DNA of 64,000 bases from Mayamaea pseudoterrestris (taxonomy: Eukaryota): the NCBI GenBank assembly GCA_027923505.1, contig BROI01000015.1, positions 124,001-188,000 on the forward strand. The letters run 5' to 3'. Below are positions 41,087 to 51,497 of the stretch, piece after piece. Under the pieces are notes generated by a model. That model did no database searches and had not been told where the DNA came from. It saw nothing but the letters and a program-made list of their open reading frames with translations. The number at the start of each line of letters is the position of its first letter. Position 1 is the stretch's first letter. The translations under genes were made by a program, and so were the position numbers.

Positions 41087-42175
41087 ATGCTGCAAACCAC
41101 GCCCTTAGCTTTTACTTCACTTTTCTTGTGCCTTTCAGTGATGCTCGGCATTGTCGAAGCGCAGGAAGTAATCTTAACAGGTCACAATAGACTCGAAGAC
41201 TATTACAATCCACTTCCCGCTTCCTACATTTCAATGGTGGATCTTCCAAAGGCTTTCTCGTGGCACAATGTTGGGTCTAAAAGCTACTTGACCAAGTCAT
41301 TGAATCAACACATTCCACAATACTGCGGAAGTTGCTGGGCTCATGCCGCTGTGAGCAGCTTATCGGATAGAATCAAAATTGCCCGAGCGCGGGCTCGCGC
41401 AGTTGAAAAGGAGGACGATGACGACCAAGACATTGACATGACCGAAATCAACCTTTCAGTACAGTATCTTCTCAACTGTGGGGCAGATATAGCTGGGAGC
41501 TGTCATGGTGGATCAAGCACGGGTGCCTTTCAATTCATTCGCGAGATTGGGTTCATTCCTTACGATACTTGCCAGCCTTACATTGCATGCTCGACGAATA
41601 GCGAGGAGGGCTTCTGTGCAAACGTTGACACAAGCTGCGCCCCAATGAATATTTGTCGGACATGCTGGCCGGGACAGCAATGTATGGCGGTTACGAGTTT
41701 CCCAAACGCTACCGTGTCTGAATACGGCGTTTATCAAGATTCGAACGACTTGTTTTCCATTCTAGCTGAAATTTACGTGCGAGGACCCGTCAAGGCATCC
41801 GTCGATGCCCATCCATTGGTCAATTACACAGGCGGCGTCATGTGGGACGCGCCCGAGTATCGATCGACAACACACAATCATGGGGTCTCTATTGTCGGAT
41901 GGGGTTATGATGAAGACGAAGAGAAATCGTTTTGGATTGTTCGCAACTCATGGGGCCAATATTGGGGCGAACTTGGCTTTTTTCGCGTGGAAATGGGACA
42001 TAATTTGCTGATGATTGAGTCAAACATTGCCTGGGCGACTCCTGGAAGCTACTCGACATCTTGTGGGAGCAATTGCTTGAAACAATTTCAGTACCAAGAC
42101 CCATCGAACGATGTATCTATGGTTCACCGGCTTTTACGAGGAAGAGAGGAGTGTACAAGCACAATCAATATATAA
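41087..42175 (+). CDS. Cathepsin X/Z-like papain-family cysteine protease
   Basis: Signal peptide; NQHIPQYCGSCWAH (cathepsin X mini-loop), NHGVSIVGWG, VRNSWGQYWGE. Confidence 0.93.
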   Translation: MLQTTPLAFTSLFLCLSVMLGIVEAQEVILTGHNRLEDYYNPLPASYISMVDLPKAFSWHNVGSKSYLTKSLNQHIPQYCGSCWAHAAVSSLSDRIKIARARARAVEKEDDDDQDIDMTEINLSVQYLLNCGADIAGSCHGGSSTGAFQFIREIGFIPYDTCQPYIACSTNSEEGFCANVDTSCAPMNICRTCWPGQQCMAVTSFPNATVSEYGVYQDSNDLFSILAEIYVRGPVKASVDAHPLVNYTGGVMWDAPEYRSTTHNHGVSIVGWGYDEDEEKSFWIVRNSWGQYWGELGFFRVEMGHNLLMIESNIAWATPGSYSTSCGSNCLKQFQYQDPSNDVSMVHRLLRGREECTSTINI

Positions 42176-42249
42176 CAATTATCGCTTACGTGCATGTTAA
42201 ATTTCAATGTGATTCTGCACATGCCTAGAATTTAAAAAAGTGACAGCAT

Positions 42250-43167
42250 CTACGACAACGACATGCTATCCACAAAAGCTTCCGCACTAAATGCAGCGGG
42301 TGGACAGTATGGATGACAGGCATGAGCAAAGGGAAGTCGACAAAGCTGCAAGTCTCGATCAATCTCGGCCAGCAGCGCACGGTACTCGAGGTGAACTCGT
42401 TCCAAAATGGCTTGACCTAGACTCATTTGCATCATGGCCTGTTGCATTAATTCAGATGGCTTCCAAGTTCGATGTACTTCTGTTTCAATTGCGGTCCGAG
42501 CATGCGACAATGTATCCAAGGTAATGTGTCCACAATCCTTTTCGTTTGAAGCGCAGGATTGATCCATCAAGGCATCAATCATAAAGGCTGGAGTCGGTGC
42601 AACGACGCGGACCGCAGGCGATGCAGCAAAGCAGTTGTGAAGAATTCTCATAAGCGTCCACAGCAAGTTGAAGTAGAAAAAGGCCGAAACGCAAATAGGC
42701 GACTGCGACGCCCGTCGAAATATCTCTGTCGCATGTTCCAAATAAATCTTGCCTCGCTCCAAAAATACCCTGACTTGCTCTTTGTATAAATTCTTATCGA
42801 AGTTATCGAACCATGAACGCCAGTACGACTGTTCTCCATCATCATTCGATTGTAGATTGCTGCTGCTCTCTTGATTGACTGGCGACGATGCTGCCGATGA
42901 GACTGGGCTGCTGCGCGTAAGTAGCGGCGTCACAAGATCATGACTGCAATTATCATTGGAGCGCTCCTTGCGAAGACTAATTTCCCTGGGCGGAGGACTT
43001 TTAAAGAGTGACGAGTTGCCGATAAACAATGCGACGCCCGAGTCGTCCTCGTTGTTTAAGGTGCCTGGACTGGCAAAGAGCGAGGAGATCCAAGTGCTAG
43101 CCGGCGTCTCTGGAGGTGCAGCGCTCGCAATTGTTGTGACATTCCTCTTAGGCGAACCTTCGGTCAT
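42250..43167 (-). CDS. Hypothetical protein with Ser-rich N-terminus, one hydrophobic segment and a helical C-terminus
   Basis: Long ORF filling the gap between neighbours; likely ATG at 43167 (MTEGSPK). No family recognised. Confidence 0.55.
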   Translation of the reverse strand: MTEGSPKRNVTTIASAAPPETPASTWISSLFASPGTLNNEDDSGVALFIGNSSLFKSPPPREISLRKERSNDNCSHDLVTPLLTRSSPVSSAASSPVNQESSSNLQSNDDGEQSYWRSWFDNFDKNLYKEQVRVFLERGKIYLEHATEIFRRASQSPICVSAFFYFNLLWTLMRILHNCFAASPAVRVVAPTPAFMIDALMDQSCASNEKDCGHITLDTLSHARTAIETEVHRTWKPSELMQQAMMQMSLGQAILERVHLEYRALLAEIDRDLQLCRLPFAHACHPYCPPAAFSAEAFVDSMSLS

Positions 43168-43469
43168 CGTTGCTTTTATAGATGGAATCAATATGCTATA
43201 CAGTGAAAGAAAATGCCTTGCAATTGGTTGTCGTTGGCTGTTCGACGAGGTGCGACGAGATGCGCATCTGCATTTATTTGAGCGTCGTGGTCGTTGCAAA
43301 TGATGCCGAGCGAACCGAGTGCCGCGAGCCGGGCGAGTCGACAACACATTCTATCGCTACCGGTAGCGAGTGTCACAACGAAAACTATCGCTGTTTTTTC
43401 TCGGGTGGAAGGAAATCGCACCTCGGGTCTATAGTATCTCCTGCATTAAGAAACACCTAGCAGTGCGCC

Positions 43470-45074
43470 ATGGACCATCTCCCGCTAATTGTGAAGGAGA
43501 GCAAGAATCCAATGAGCCCTCCTTTTGCTGTGGATGCCGCTGCCGGACCATCGCCGATCTGTGGACCGACCGCGCTCACCAAGCTAATGCGAAAGAGCAA
43601 AGAAGCAGTCAGTGCAAGTAATGCGAGTGGAAGAATGTCACCATTGGATGAACTAAATCGCAGTAGTATGGTCATCGGTAGCAATGCAGCTGCACCTCTC
43701 GCACTCTTTCAAAGCAAATTATCTTACGAGGAGGTCGACGATCCTTTCCACACCCCGCACGAAGTGGACACGGCATCAAGCTCCGGCAGCGACAAGAGCC
43801 TTGACATGTTTCTAAATGCGCCAGTTAGCTTTTTTCCGCAGTTTTGTCCATCGACTCCTACCGGTCAGGAAATGATGAATGAGAAGGAAGCGCTAAATGT
43901 CAACAAGAACAAGGCTTCCAGTCCTGGGCCAAAGACACCAAACCGCCCTCGCACCTCTTCATGGTCGTCGACACTAGCTGCCGTAACGGAGGAAACATCA
44001 TTTGACGAGTTGTCGCGAGATGCATCTTCGAATGAGCAGCAGATTCCACCCGAAAAGGCGAAGCCGACTGCCGTTGAAGAAGAGCAGCAAATGCTAAACC
44101 CGCAGCCAACGAACCCGGGCTTCGAGATGCCAACAGAAAAGAAGGAAATGGTGGGAGCTATGCGCAATCTCATTATAAAGCAGCAATATGCTTTGAAGGA
44201 ATTGGCCGATCAGAATGCAAACTACCGGAAGAGAATCGTGGAGTACCAAACCAAACTTATTGATATGAAAAAGGAGGCTGTCAATTGCAACGCTAGAATC
44301 AATGAGCTTATACTGGAAAAGGATGCATTGACCACCGACTGCATGTGGCTGCATGAAGAGCTACGTTCTTTGCAACACGAGCGTGGAAGGGATTTAAACT
44401 TGGCAAAAGGCGAGGCGGAGAATGATGTTACGAGTAGTGCTCTAGCATCTATCAACAGCCAAAGTCGCCTCAAAGAGAAGACTGACAATGTTGGCGAGAA
44501 GGAATACGACGATGACGAGGACGATAGTTTGCGCCTCAAGTTCAAAGAGTTGATGACATCGCACGTGGCCGGTCCAACTTCCACCGGTCAATTATTACTT
44601 CCTCCAGATTTACGAACGACTGAAGCCTTTGCTGCCGATGCAAGCGAAAACACGTGGGAAAACCTACAACTTGCTCCTCGCAGCACGACGAATGAATGCA
44701 TGTGGGAAAATGGATCTATGGTAGTGCAACACGTTGCTGAAAAGAAAACAGGAGCTGTCACGAAAAATGAGATGAAAGAGGAGCCCTTTCGAGACTCGAC
44801 ATTGGAAAGTACGAATGAATTGCTACTCTTACATGACCCAGGAAGCGCATTCAGTCCAGTAACGGCATCGGAATGCTTCAAAGGGTCGACGGATTCTATC
44901 AATAGCTCGTCGTGTGGTATGGCAAGCCGGAGTCGCGAGGAAGCGAAGGAGGAGATGGCCAAGTACAAAAGTCGACTCGAAAGCATTCAAAAGAAGCGAA
45001 TCGAACGGCGCAATGGGAGTCAAGCATGCAGTCGCCCTATGGTACGCTTTGATGCTTCGAGCGGTTTAAAGTAA
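43470..45074 (+). CDS. Hypothetical coiled-coil / low-complexity protein
   Basis: 534-aa ORF with a central heptad region (MRNLIIKQQYALKELADQN...) and C-terminal VRF motif. Confidence 0.7.
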   Translation: MDHLPLIVKESKNPMSPPFAVDAAAGPSPICGPTALTKLMRKSKEAVSASNASGRMSPLDELNRSSMVIGSNAAAPLALFQSKLSYEEVDDPFHTPHEVDTASSSGSDKSLDMFLNAPVSFFPQFCPSTPTGQEMMNEKEALNVNKNKASSPGPKTPNRPRTSSWSSTLAAVTEETSFDELSRDASSNEQQIPPEKAKPTAVEEEQQMLNPQPTNPGFEMPTEKKEMVGAMRNLIIKQQYALKELADQNANYRKRIVEYQTKLIDMKKEAVNCNARINELILEKDALTTDCMWLHEELRSLQHERGRDLNLAKGEAENDVTSSALASINSQSRLKEKTDNVGEKEYDDDEDDSLRLKFKELMTSHVAGPTSTGQLLLPPDLRTTEAFAADASENTWENLQLAPRSTTNECMWENGSMVVQHVAEKKTGAVTKNEMKEEPFRDSTLESTNELLLLHDPGSAFSPVTASECFKGSTDSINSSSCGMASRSREEAKEEMAKYKSRLESIQKKRIERRNGSQACSRPMVRFDASSGLK

Positions 45075-45277
45075 ACTATGAAATTTCTAGCTACATAATG
45101 TTATGGGTTGCATTGAGGTGCGTTGGTCATGGAATGGCAATCCCGTCCTGTCGCGCCGCTAGCCCGTGGTAAAAGTAGCACTATAACGATATTTACCAAT
45201 CATCTAAAAATCCTTGCATGATTGCATGATGTATAATTACGATCAAACGACCGAAAATGTAGGCACGTTGTTTACTG

Positions 45278-46276
45278 TTAATTCACTTCAAATTTGCCGC
45301 ACGCCTTCTCAGATTCTTCCCAAAGCAGTAAGCGGTTACTCTCGCTCGCCGAGCCCTTATCCCAAGCTACCTTAACGGCTGGCCCATACCATTTAAAAAA
45401 TTTTCCAGGCTCCCAAAAGTCTCCATTCTCAGTGGATGGATCAAAGCATGCCGCATGCAAAGGCATTGAACCATCTTCAGCTGATTGCGACATTTTCATA
45501 ATAAATAAGTTTTCCATACCGCCGTTTTGAGCTGACGTTGTCTGAAGGTTGGTACTAGCAACGCCGGGCGCTGCAACAACAGCCTTGATACCACTGTCGC
45601 CAAAGCGCTCCTTGAGCGCCGCCGTAAAGACGCTGTTGGCTAACTTGGTTTGATGGTAACGTTCCCACCGACCACCGCCAAACAAGTGATTTTGCATAGT
45701 TGATCCATTGCCACCGAGGTTGCCTCCGTTTTTACCGAAATATTCAGCCTTTAATGACGCACCGTAACGTGCAATGGAACTGTGGTGTACGACGCGAGCT
45801 TCGCCATGGAGTTCCTTGGCTCGCTTCAAGAGTGGGTAGAGTTCCTTAGTCAGCAAAAAGTGACTGAGATGATTCGTCTGCATCTGGATGTCGTAACCAT
45901 CCTTGGTAGCCATATCCTCGAGTGCCATGACTCCTGCATTGTTGCACAATACATCAATGGCTTCGTACTTGGCCTTTATCTGATTCGCAGCCGACTTGAC
46001 GGATTCCATATCCTGAAGGTCACACGGAATCGTCTCAATATTCGTCGTGCTTCCTTCCTTAACGTAAGTCTTGAGCTCAGCCTCGGCCTTTGTGGCACGT
46101 TCGGAAGGACGGTTAAGGAGCAATACATTCTTGGCCCCTTTTTCAATGCTTGTTCTTGCCAAAATGAAACCCGTTCCTGAGGTGCATCCTGTGATGGCAA
46201 TGGTCTTGTTCTCGAGTGAGGGCAGCTTCTCCTTGAACTCGGGAAACCATTTTGTTTGAGGCTTTGATGCTGACAT
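45278..46276 (-). CDS. Short-chain dehydrogenase/reductase (retinol dehydrogenase/WWOX-like)
   Basis: ITGCTSGTG, NNAGVM, TNHLSHFLLT, YHQTKLAN (YxxxK), PG...T.L. Confidence 0.9.
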   Translation of the reverse strand: MSASKPQTKWFPEFKEKLPSLENKTIAITGCTSGTGFILARTSIEKGAKNVLLLNRPSERATKAEAELKTYVKEGSTTNIETIPCDLQDMESVKSAANQIKAKYEAIDVLCNNAGVMALEDMATKDGYDIQMQTNHLSHFLLTKELYPLLKRAKELHGEARVVHHSSIARYGASLKAEYFGKNGGNLGGNGSTMQNHLFGGGRWERYHQTKLANSVFTAALKERFGDSGIKAVVAAPGVASTNLQTTSAQNGGMENLFIMKMSQSAEDGSMPLHAACFDPSTENGDFWEPGKFFKWYGPAVKVAWDKGSASESNRLLLWEESEKACGKFEVN

Positions 46277-46703
46277 TTTGTTTGATAGAGTTTACTTGTA
46301 GTGCACTTGGCGTTTGTGAGGAGAATGGAATGCTTTCGTTCGAGGCGCGCAGATCCTTGCATCCAGGATGTTCGCAACGCCACGTCAGCAGATGTCGCAT
46401 CGCGTCGCATGCAACGTCACAGGCGCGCCATGGCTCGGTGCAGATCAAAACAAAAGTGTGTGATGCGATACTTGTAACATCAACCACTATCATCTCACCA
46501 TTTTCCTTGTATATCTAGTCCTGGCGGTCCATCGTTTGTCATTTGAAAAAGGCAGTGAGTCAATGCGATTGGCAATTTGCTTTACCGATAGTGCTGAGTG
46601 CTGACTTTTTCGTGTGTCGTTCTTGCAGCTGACAGCGACAGCCGTATACGAAGCTGACTACATCCACTTTCCTACTCAACAACTGTGTTTTTCAACATCA
46701 AGA

Positions 46704-47153
46704 ATGATTTTAGGAAATTTTTTGATGATGCTGGTTGCGGCTTTGGCAGTCGTTCCAGGGTGTTCATTTGCGCCACGGCAACTGCGGCCACTGTTGATTC
46801 GACAACACCTGACTGAGGGCAACGAATACCATACAACAAAGACACTCAACAATGAAATATCGGAGAATATACAATTGTCAATTCCATGGATGGCCATGGC
46901 GACTGCACTGACGCTGTCGCTTCCCATGCAAGCGCTAGCTGTAGCCGCCGATGAGGAGGACTACGCTGTTGCTGAACTTCCACCGCCATATATTCCGGTC
47001 ATTTTCACCCTTGCCTTGCTTGGTGGTGTGGGCTGGCTGACATCTAGTCTCGGTAATGTCATGGACGAAGAAGCATCACTTGGCTTGCAAAGTGGCGCCA
47101 GGGCCAAGAAGGAGCGAGAGCGATCATCTTCATCCTACTTTAAAAAGCGGTAA
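46704..47153 (+). CDS. Small single-pass thylakoid membrane protein (tripartite targeting)
   Basis: Signal peptide ending GCSF-AP, transit peptide, second hydrophobic domain ending QALA (AxA), then mature AELPPPYIPVIFTLALLGGVGWLTSSLG and a basic tail. Confidence 0.7.
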   Translation: MILGNFLMMLVAALAVVPGCSFAPRQLRPLLIRQHLTEGNEYHTTKTLNNEISENIQLSIPWMAMATALTLSLPMQALAVAADEEDYAVAELPPPYIPVIFTLALLGGVGWLTSSLGNVMDEEASLGLQSGARAKKERERSSSSYFKKR

Positions 47154-47248
47154 ATGATCCTTTATATTTGAAAAAATGACTAGTTCAATTTGCTAGCTTT
47201 TAGTGGCATCTTTAATCTTCTAAGTATGCTGCAAGTACAGTCGCAAGC

Positions 47249-48502
47249 CTACAGGTCGGAGGTAGGTGCCGTCTTGGTACCCAGTCGACTTGGATCCGCA
47301 CTTGGATAATACGGCTCAACCGATCCCGTCGCTCGCTTGGCAACCGCCATGCCCGCACTGGGCACTGAGCCTGCGGGTCGAGGGACATTTGAACTGACGC
47401 GACCGGATGGTCGTGGCACAACGGCTGTAAATTTGGGCACGTCTTTCTTCTTGACAAAGCCACCAGGCGGCGCTACCGGACGTACCACTGCTGGTGCTCC
47501 AGTGGAAGACTCCTCTTGTTCAATCGAATTCGATGGCAAATGACCTTCGCCTCGCTTTGGCGCCCGTGCCCATGAGCAATATATGGGTCGACCCGACAGC
47601 TCTTTTCGATTCATGGCAGCAATAGCAAGCTCAGCAGCCTCTGGCTGTGAGTACTCAACAAACGCTTGCCCCTTATCTGGTTGTGCTCTAACAGAAAGGA
47701 TTTCCCCAAACGAATAAAACTGGTCGCGAACCAGCATTTCGTCCAAACTCGGATACGGCTCGTCTCCCTGAAAGCGCAAATACAGCGTAGCCCGAGCCTT
47801 ATCGTAGCCTTCATTCTCATCACTCTTCACTCGCTCCTCCTCGTGACGCCTTTTACGCCCCAATATTTTGTTAGCAACAGGGTCACTGGTTCCGAAAAAG
47901 CGGTCTTTAGTATTTTGCTTGGACATCGGATCGTTTCGATCCTTGGGCAACTCGTGCCGAAAGGGACAAGAGTCTCCGCGGTTACACTCGCCCCGCGCAA
48001 AGAATGAACACAGCTTGGCAAGGTTCCGTTCATACCGAGGTTCCATTCTCGCCATTTCACGTAACTGCGCATGCGCAAGTTCATTGGTATTGTCAACCAT
48101 TGTTTGGCCTTGTGCCAACATGCGGTCCTGTTGCGCCGTGTACCAGGCTCTATTCGCCATGGACTGCGGGACGGCTGCAATTGCCGAAGAAGATCCAGCT
48201 TCCCGCAACACCTTGTCGCGAACCTTGACGGGGAGTCCGTACTGCAAGTCGTAGATGCAGACTTGGCAAACATTCTTGGCCTGTGCACAGGCACGGCAAA
48301 TCTCCACTCGCTTCAACCGTCCCTTTGTGCCTGCCTGCCAGGCATACACTGTAAACGGATTCTCGCAAACCTTGCATTTCTTGCCGTGCTCTTCCTTGGT
48401 CATGCGAACGTATGGATTATCTCCCAGGCAAGTTTCGCACACCAAGGGAAAATCCGTCTCCTCCCATGCTTGCTTGACGGCGTCACGCTTGACGTTTGCC
48501 AT
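47249..48502 (-). CDS. RBM22: Pre-mRNA splicing factor RBM22 (Cwc2/Ecm2-like)
   Basis: WEETDFPLVCETCLGDNPYVRMTK, KNVCQVC..DLQYGLP, CCCH finger CSFFARGECNRGDSCPFRHE, RRM. Confidence 0.96.
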   Translation of the reverse strand: MANVKRDAVKQAWEETDFPLVCETCLGDNPYVRMTKEEHGKKCKVCENPFTVYAWQAGTKGRLKRVEICRACAQAKNVCQVCIYDLQYGLPVKVRDKVLREAGSSSAIAAVPQSMANRAWYTAQQDRMLAQGQTMVDNTNELAHAQLREMARMEPRYERNLAKLCSFFARGECNRGDSCPFRHELPKDRNDPMSKQNTKDRFFGTSDPVANKILGRKRRHEEERVKSDENEGYDKARATLYLRFQGDEPYPSLDEMLVRDQFYSFGEILSVRAQPDKGQAFVEYSQPEAAELAIAAMNRKELSGRPIYCSWARAPKRGEGHLPSNSIEQEESSTGAPAVVRPVAPPGGFVKKKDVPKFTAVVPRPSGRVSSNVPRPAGSVPSAGMAVAKRATGSVEPYYPSADPSRLGTKTAPTSDL

Positions 48503-48785
48503 GCTGCTGCGATTGTATCGAAAGAATACTATGCGAATTGAAGTCTCCCAAAATTAGTTGGTGAGATGAAATGCAGCAATCAGCCTTTGTCTGATAAATG
48601 GCAAATGAAGCAAGTCACAAAGCTTGCAGCAGACGACGAATGGCTGAGAACTGGGAACGAGACGTGACAATTAATCGCAAATTGGCGCGTGTGCTTCGTC
48701 TAATCAGCTACCACGCGGTTGTACATCATACTTCCGCGACTACTCTAACAACCGAAAGATGCGCAGTACCCTTCATCAAACTCGT

Positions 48786-50006
48786 TTATAAAGAAGAGTT
48801 ACGCTGCTTCGACTTGCTCATCAACTTGATATTTAGCTGCAGTACCACGCGGCAAGTAAATATGGCAGCCAAGTCGCGCTCAGCAGTTTCTCGAATGCGC
48901 TCCAGCGTCCTTCCGCCAGCGCCAAACACTAGTTCCTGGTGACTCCTTGACTTGACGATAATCTCTTGATGAATTAGTAAACCAGGTTTCTTTGTTGCCG
49001 AGTCGTTGCGAACTTCGAAAAGCAAATTCCGCTGCGAAATGCTGTAGGGCACTTCCTTGTGCAAGCACCGATACAATTTCTCACGCACAATCTCTTCGAC
49101 GCGCTCTTCCTCCGTCAGTGATGTGGAGTGCTCCGGATCAATGTCCCACGTTTTGCAGGGCGTGGCTCGATTTAACATAAACTGTAAGACATCATCGACA
49201 CCTTCGTCTTTCAACGCGGAAACGTAAAAGAATGGTGGCAGAAGCTCATCGATCTGCTCCTCCGTCAACATATGTTGCTCGCCAGAAAATTGAGCTTTGA
49301 CAAGGCCTTCGGCTATGTCGGATAGCTCCATGGCAATGTCAAGTAGATCTGTTTTGGGATAGACGAGGTCAACCTTGTTGAGAGCAATTGATAACCTTTG
49401 TGTGTGCATGTCAAAATAACCATCGTTCGAAACATGAACATCGTCGCCATGTTCATTCTCGTTGGCAGACTCATCGTCCGCGTCTCCATCCATGTCGTCA
49501 TCACTATCTTCAGCATCCTCAACGCGACCTTGAGCTAATAGCGCCTGTTGCATGAGCTCGGCCAATGTTTGCTTGACGTCCCGGGTCAGACCCCGCGCCG
49601 CGTCCACCACCAATAATGTATGGTCTACATTTACCATCTCTCTATTGGCTGCCGAAACCATGCTCTGCAATCCTTCAGTTCTCGCATCGGATCGTCGCAA
49701 AAATCCAGGAGTGTCAACAAACAAGAGCTGAGTGTTCTGGTCCATCAGTGTTCGCGCACCAAGAATTCCTTGTCGGGTGGTATGTCGCTTGCGAGACACT
49801 GCCGACACAGGTGATTGCGTGAGGACGTTGAGTAGTTGACTCTTTCCAGCATTGGGCAAACCCACAATGGCAACGTCGAGGCGTCGGCGAGCCAATCGTT
49901 GCGTCGACGCTACTTTGGAATTCGATGAGGATGAGGAAAGCCATCGGTAAATGGCATCGCAATTTGCGCTTGTTTTATTTCGACGATTTATTATACATGA
50001 CTTCAT
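48786..50006 (-). CDS. era: GTPase Era, probably mitochondrial (ERAL1-like)
   Basis: GLPNAGKS, HTTR, DTPG, NKVD, VSAL, EIVREKL...LHKEVPY, KH domain with G.GG. Confidence 0.93.
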   Translation of the reverse strand: MKSCIINRRNKTSANCDAIYRWLSSSSSNSKVASTQRLARRRLDVAIVGLPNAGKSQLLNVLTQSPVSAVSRKRHTTRQGILGARTLMDQNTQLLFVDTPGFLRRSDARTEGLQSMVSAANREMVNVDHTLLVVDAARGLTRDVKQTLAELMQQALLAQGRVEDAEDSDDDMDGDADDESANENEHGDDVHVSNDGYFDMHTQRLSIALNKVDLVYPKTDLLDIAMELSDIAEGLVKAQFSGEQHMLTEEQIDELLPPFFYVSALKDEGVDDVLQFMLNRATPCKTWDIDPEHSTSLTEEERVEEIVREKLYRCLHKEVPYSISQRNLLFEVRNDSATKKPGLLIHQEIIVKSRSHQELVFGAGGRTLERIRETAERDLAAIFTCRVVLQLNIKLMSKSKQRNSSL

Positions 50007-50268
50007 ATTCCCATATGTTCAAAGATTCACCATGAGTGTAGTCGCTCCGATGGGCTCTCGGTTGATATAATGGCGATGGATGATCCGATCTCCGATCCTT
50101 CTTGGAATTGGAACTTTCGTGGCTGTCACGCTGTTGAAACCAGTGCGACGTCGTCCATCATTTTTGACTCCAGCAGTGAAACCACACAAAATCGATGTGA
50201 CGAATCGATTTCACTTTGGAGCGATGAGACGCAATTCCTCGTTCGTACAACTTGAATAGATAAGAAAC

Positions 50269-51426
50269 ATGGGAAGAGGAAGAAGTTGCAAGAGGCATCG
50301 TTTCCATAAGCCCAGAGCTGCTAAGGATGTCGGCATTTCACTGCCACCTTCCTCGTCATTGACTTGGCCGTCATTCTACTCGGACCTTTACGTTCCACTG
50401 CCCAAAAGCGATTCTTCTAGCGCAGGCGTATCAATTCAACAACTAATAGATCGTTTTGAATCGATTGGATTTGCGCAAATTGCTTTGACGCACACAATAT
50501 ACGGACCACCCAAGGTCACTGACGATTCAGTGGATCACATTCAGCGTACATTATTCAAAAGGAAAGGCAGCAGCGACAACGCAAAATCATCAGTACACAT
50601 TATATATAGACTCCATGCAGTCATTGAAAACTTGTCTGATGTTGGTTTGTACACGATACAGCAAAACAAGGAACGTCTAACTACAGCAGCCGTCGCGACT
50701 GAAGGCGTATTGAAGCAGTTTGATCTCGTCTCCATTGCGCCTCGCAACGACGCAGTCTTTTCAACCGCTTGTTCGACTGCCACTGCAGCTGAAATTATTA
50801 CGTTAGACTACACAACTACTCCTCGTGGCAATCTACCCTTTCGCATCACTCGATCAAACGTCAAGGCTGTCATTGCGCGGAACGCAGTCTTTGAAATTCC
50901 AATCGCTGCCGCATGCCTGAATCGCCATTACCGCAAGGGATTGATACAAACATGCCGCATGCTGCAATCAGCAAGTTTGGGATTAAAACCAAAGATTATT
51001 GTTAGTTCTGGTGTGAGACGCGTGCTTGTCGCTGGCAGCAACAATATCAGCATCAGTCATGACGCAACGAATAAGAATGATGCCAATGATGCTGGAGCAT
51101 TAGCAATTTGTCTGCCAAGTGATTTGATTAACGTTGTTCATGCTGTTCTTGGATGGGAAACGAAGACGGCAATTGGAGCTTTATCAACAAGTGGGATGTT
51201 TGCAGTAAATCAAGGTAGGCGTCGCCGATATGGGAACGACTCACTCGTGGTGGGTGTTTCAAGTATAGCACCACAATTGATGAAAATGAAAAGCGACTTG
51301 ACAGCAGACGCTGGAAAACGCAATAAATTGCCTGCTGACGGTGAAGTAGAGTCTGTCCCCGATATCCTCACTTTGGGCAAGGTTGAAGATGCGACGGCAG
51401 GAGAAGATGGTTACATTGTGTTTTGA
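50269..51426 (+). CDS. RPP30: RNase P/MRP subunit p30
   Basis: YSDLYV, FDLVSIAP.N...F..AC, IITLD...LPF, AVFEI, IIVSSG, DLIN (PHP-like barrel of Rpp30). Confidence 0.85.
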   Translation: MGRGRSCKRHRFHKPRAAKDVGISLPPSSSLTWPSFYSDLYVPLPKSDSSSAGVSIQQLIDRFESIGFAQIALTHTIYGPPKVTDDSVDHIQRTLFKRKGSSDNAKSSVHIIYRLHAVIENLSDVGLYTIQQNKERLTTAAVATEGVLKQFDLVSIAPRNDAVFSTACSTATAAEIITLDYTTTPRGNLPFRITRSNVKAVIARNAVFEIPIAAACLNRHYRKGLIQTCRMLQSASLGLKPKIIVSSGVRRVLVAGSNNISISHDATNKNDANDAGALAICLPSDLINVVHAVLGWETKTAIGALSTSGMFAVNQGRRRRYGNDSLVVGVSSIAPQLMKMKSDLTADAGKRNKLPADGEVESVPDILTLGKVEDATAGEDGYIVF

Positions 51427-51497
51427 ATAGCAATCGTTTACTTTAAACTGATGAACATGAATCTAAGATATGTAGTGGTTGCATCTATGTCTAAAAA

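Noticed and set aside
47827..48557. Dense stack of overlapping alternative-frame ORFs over RBM22 (similar stacks elsewhere)
   Set aside because: Shadow ORFs expected at about 50% GC; none has recognisable motifs.
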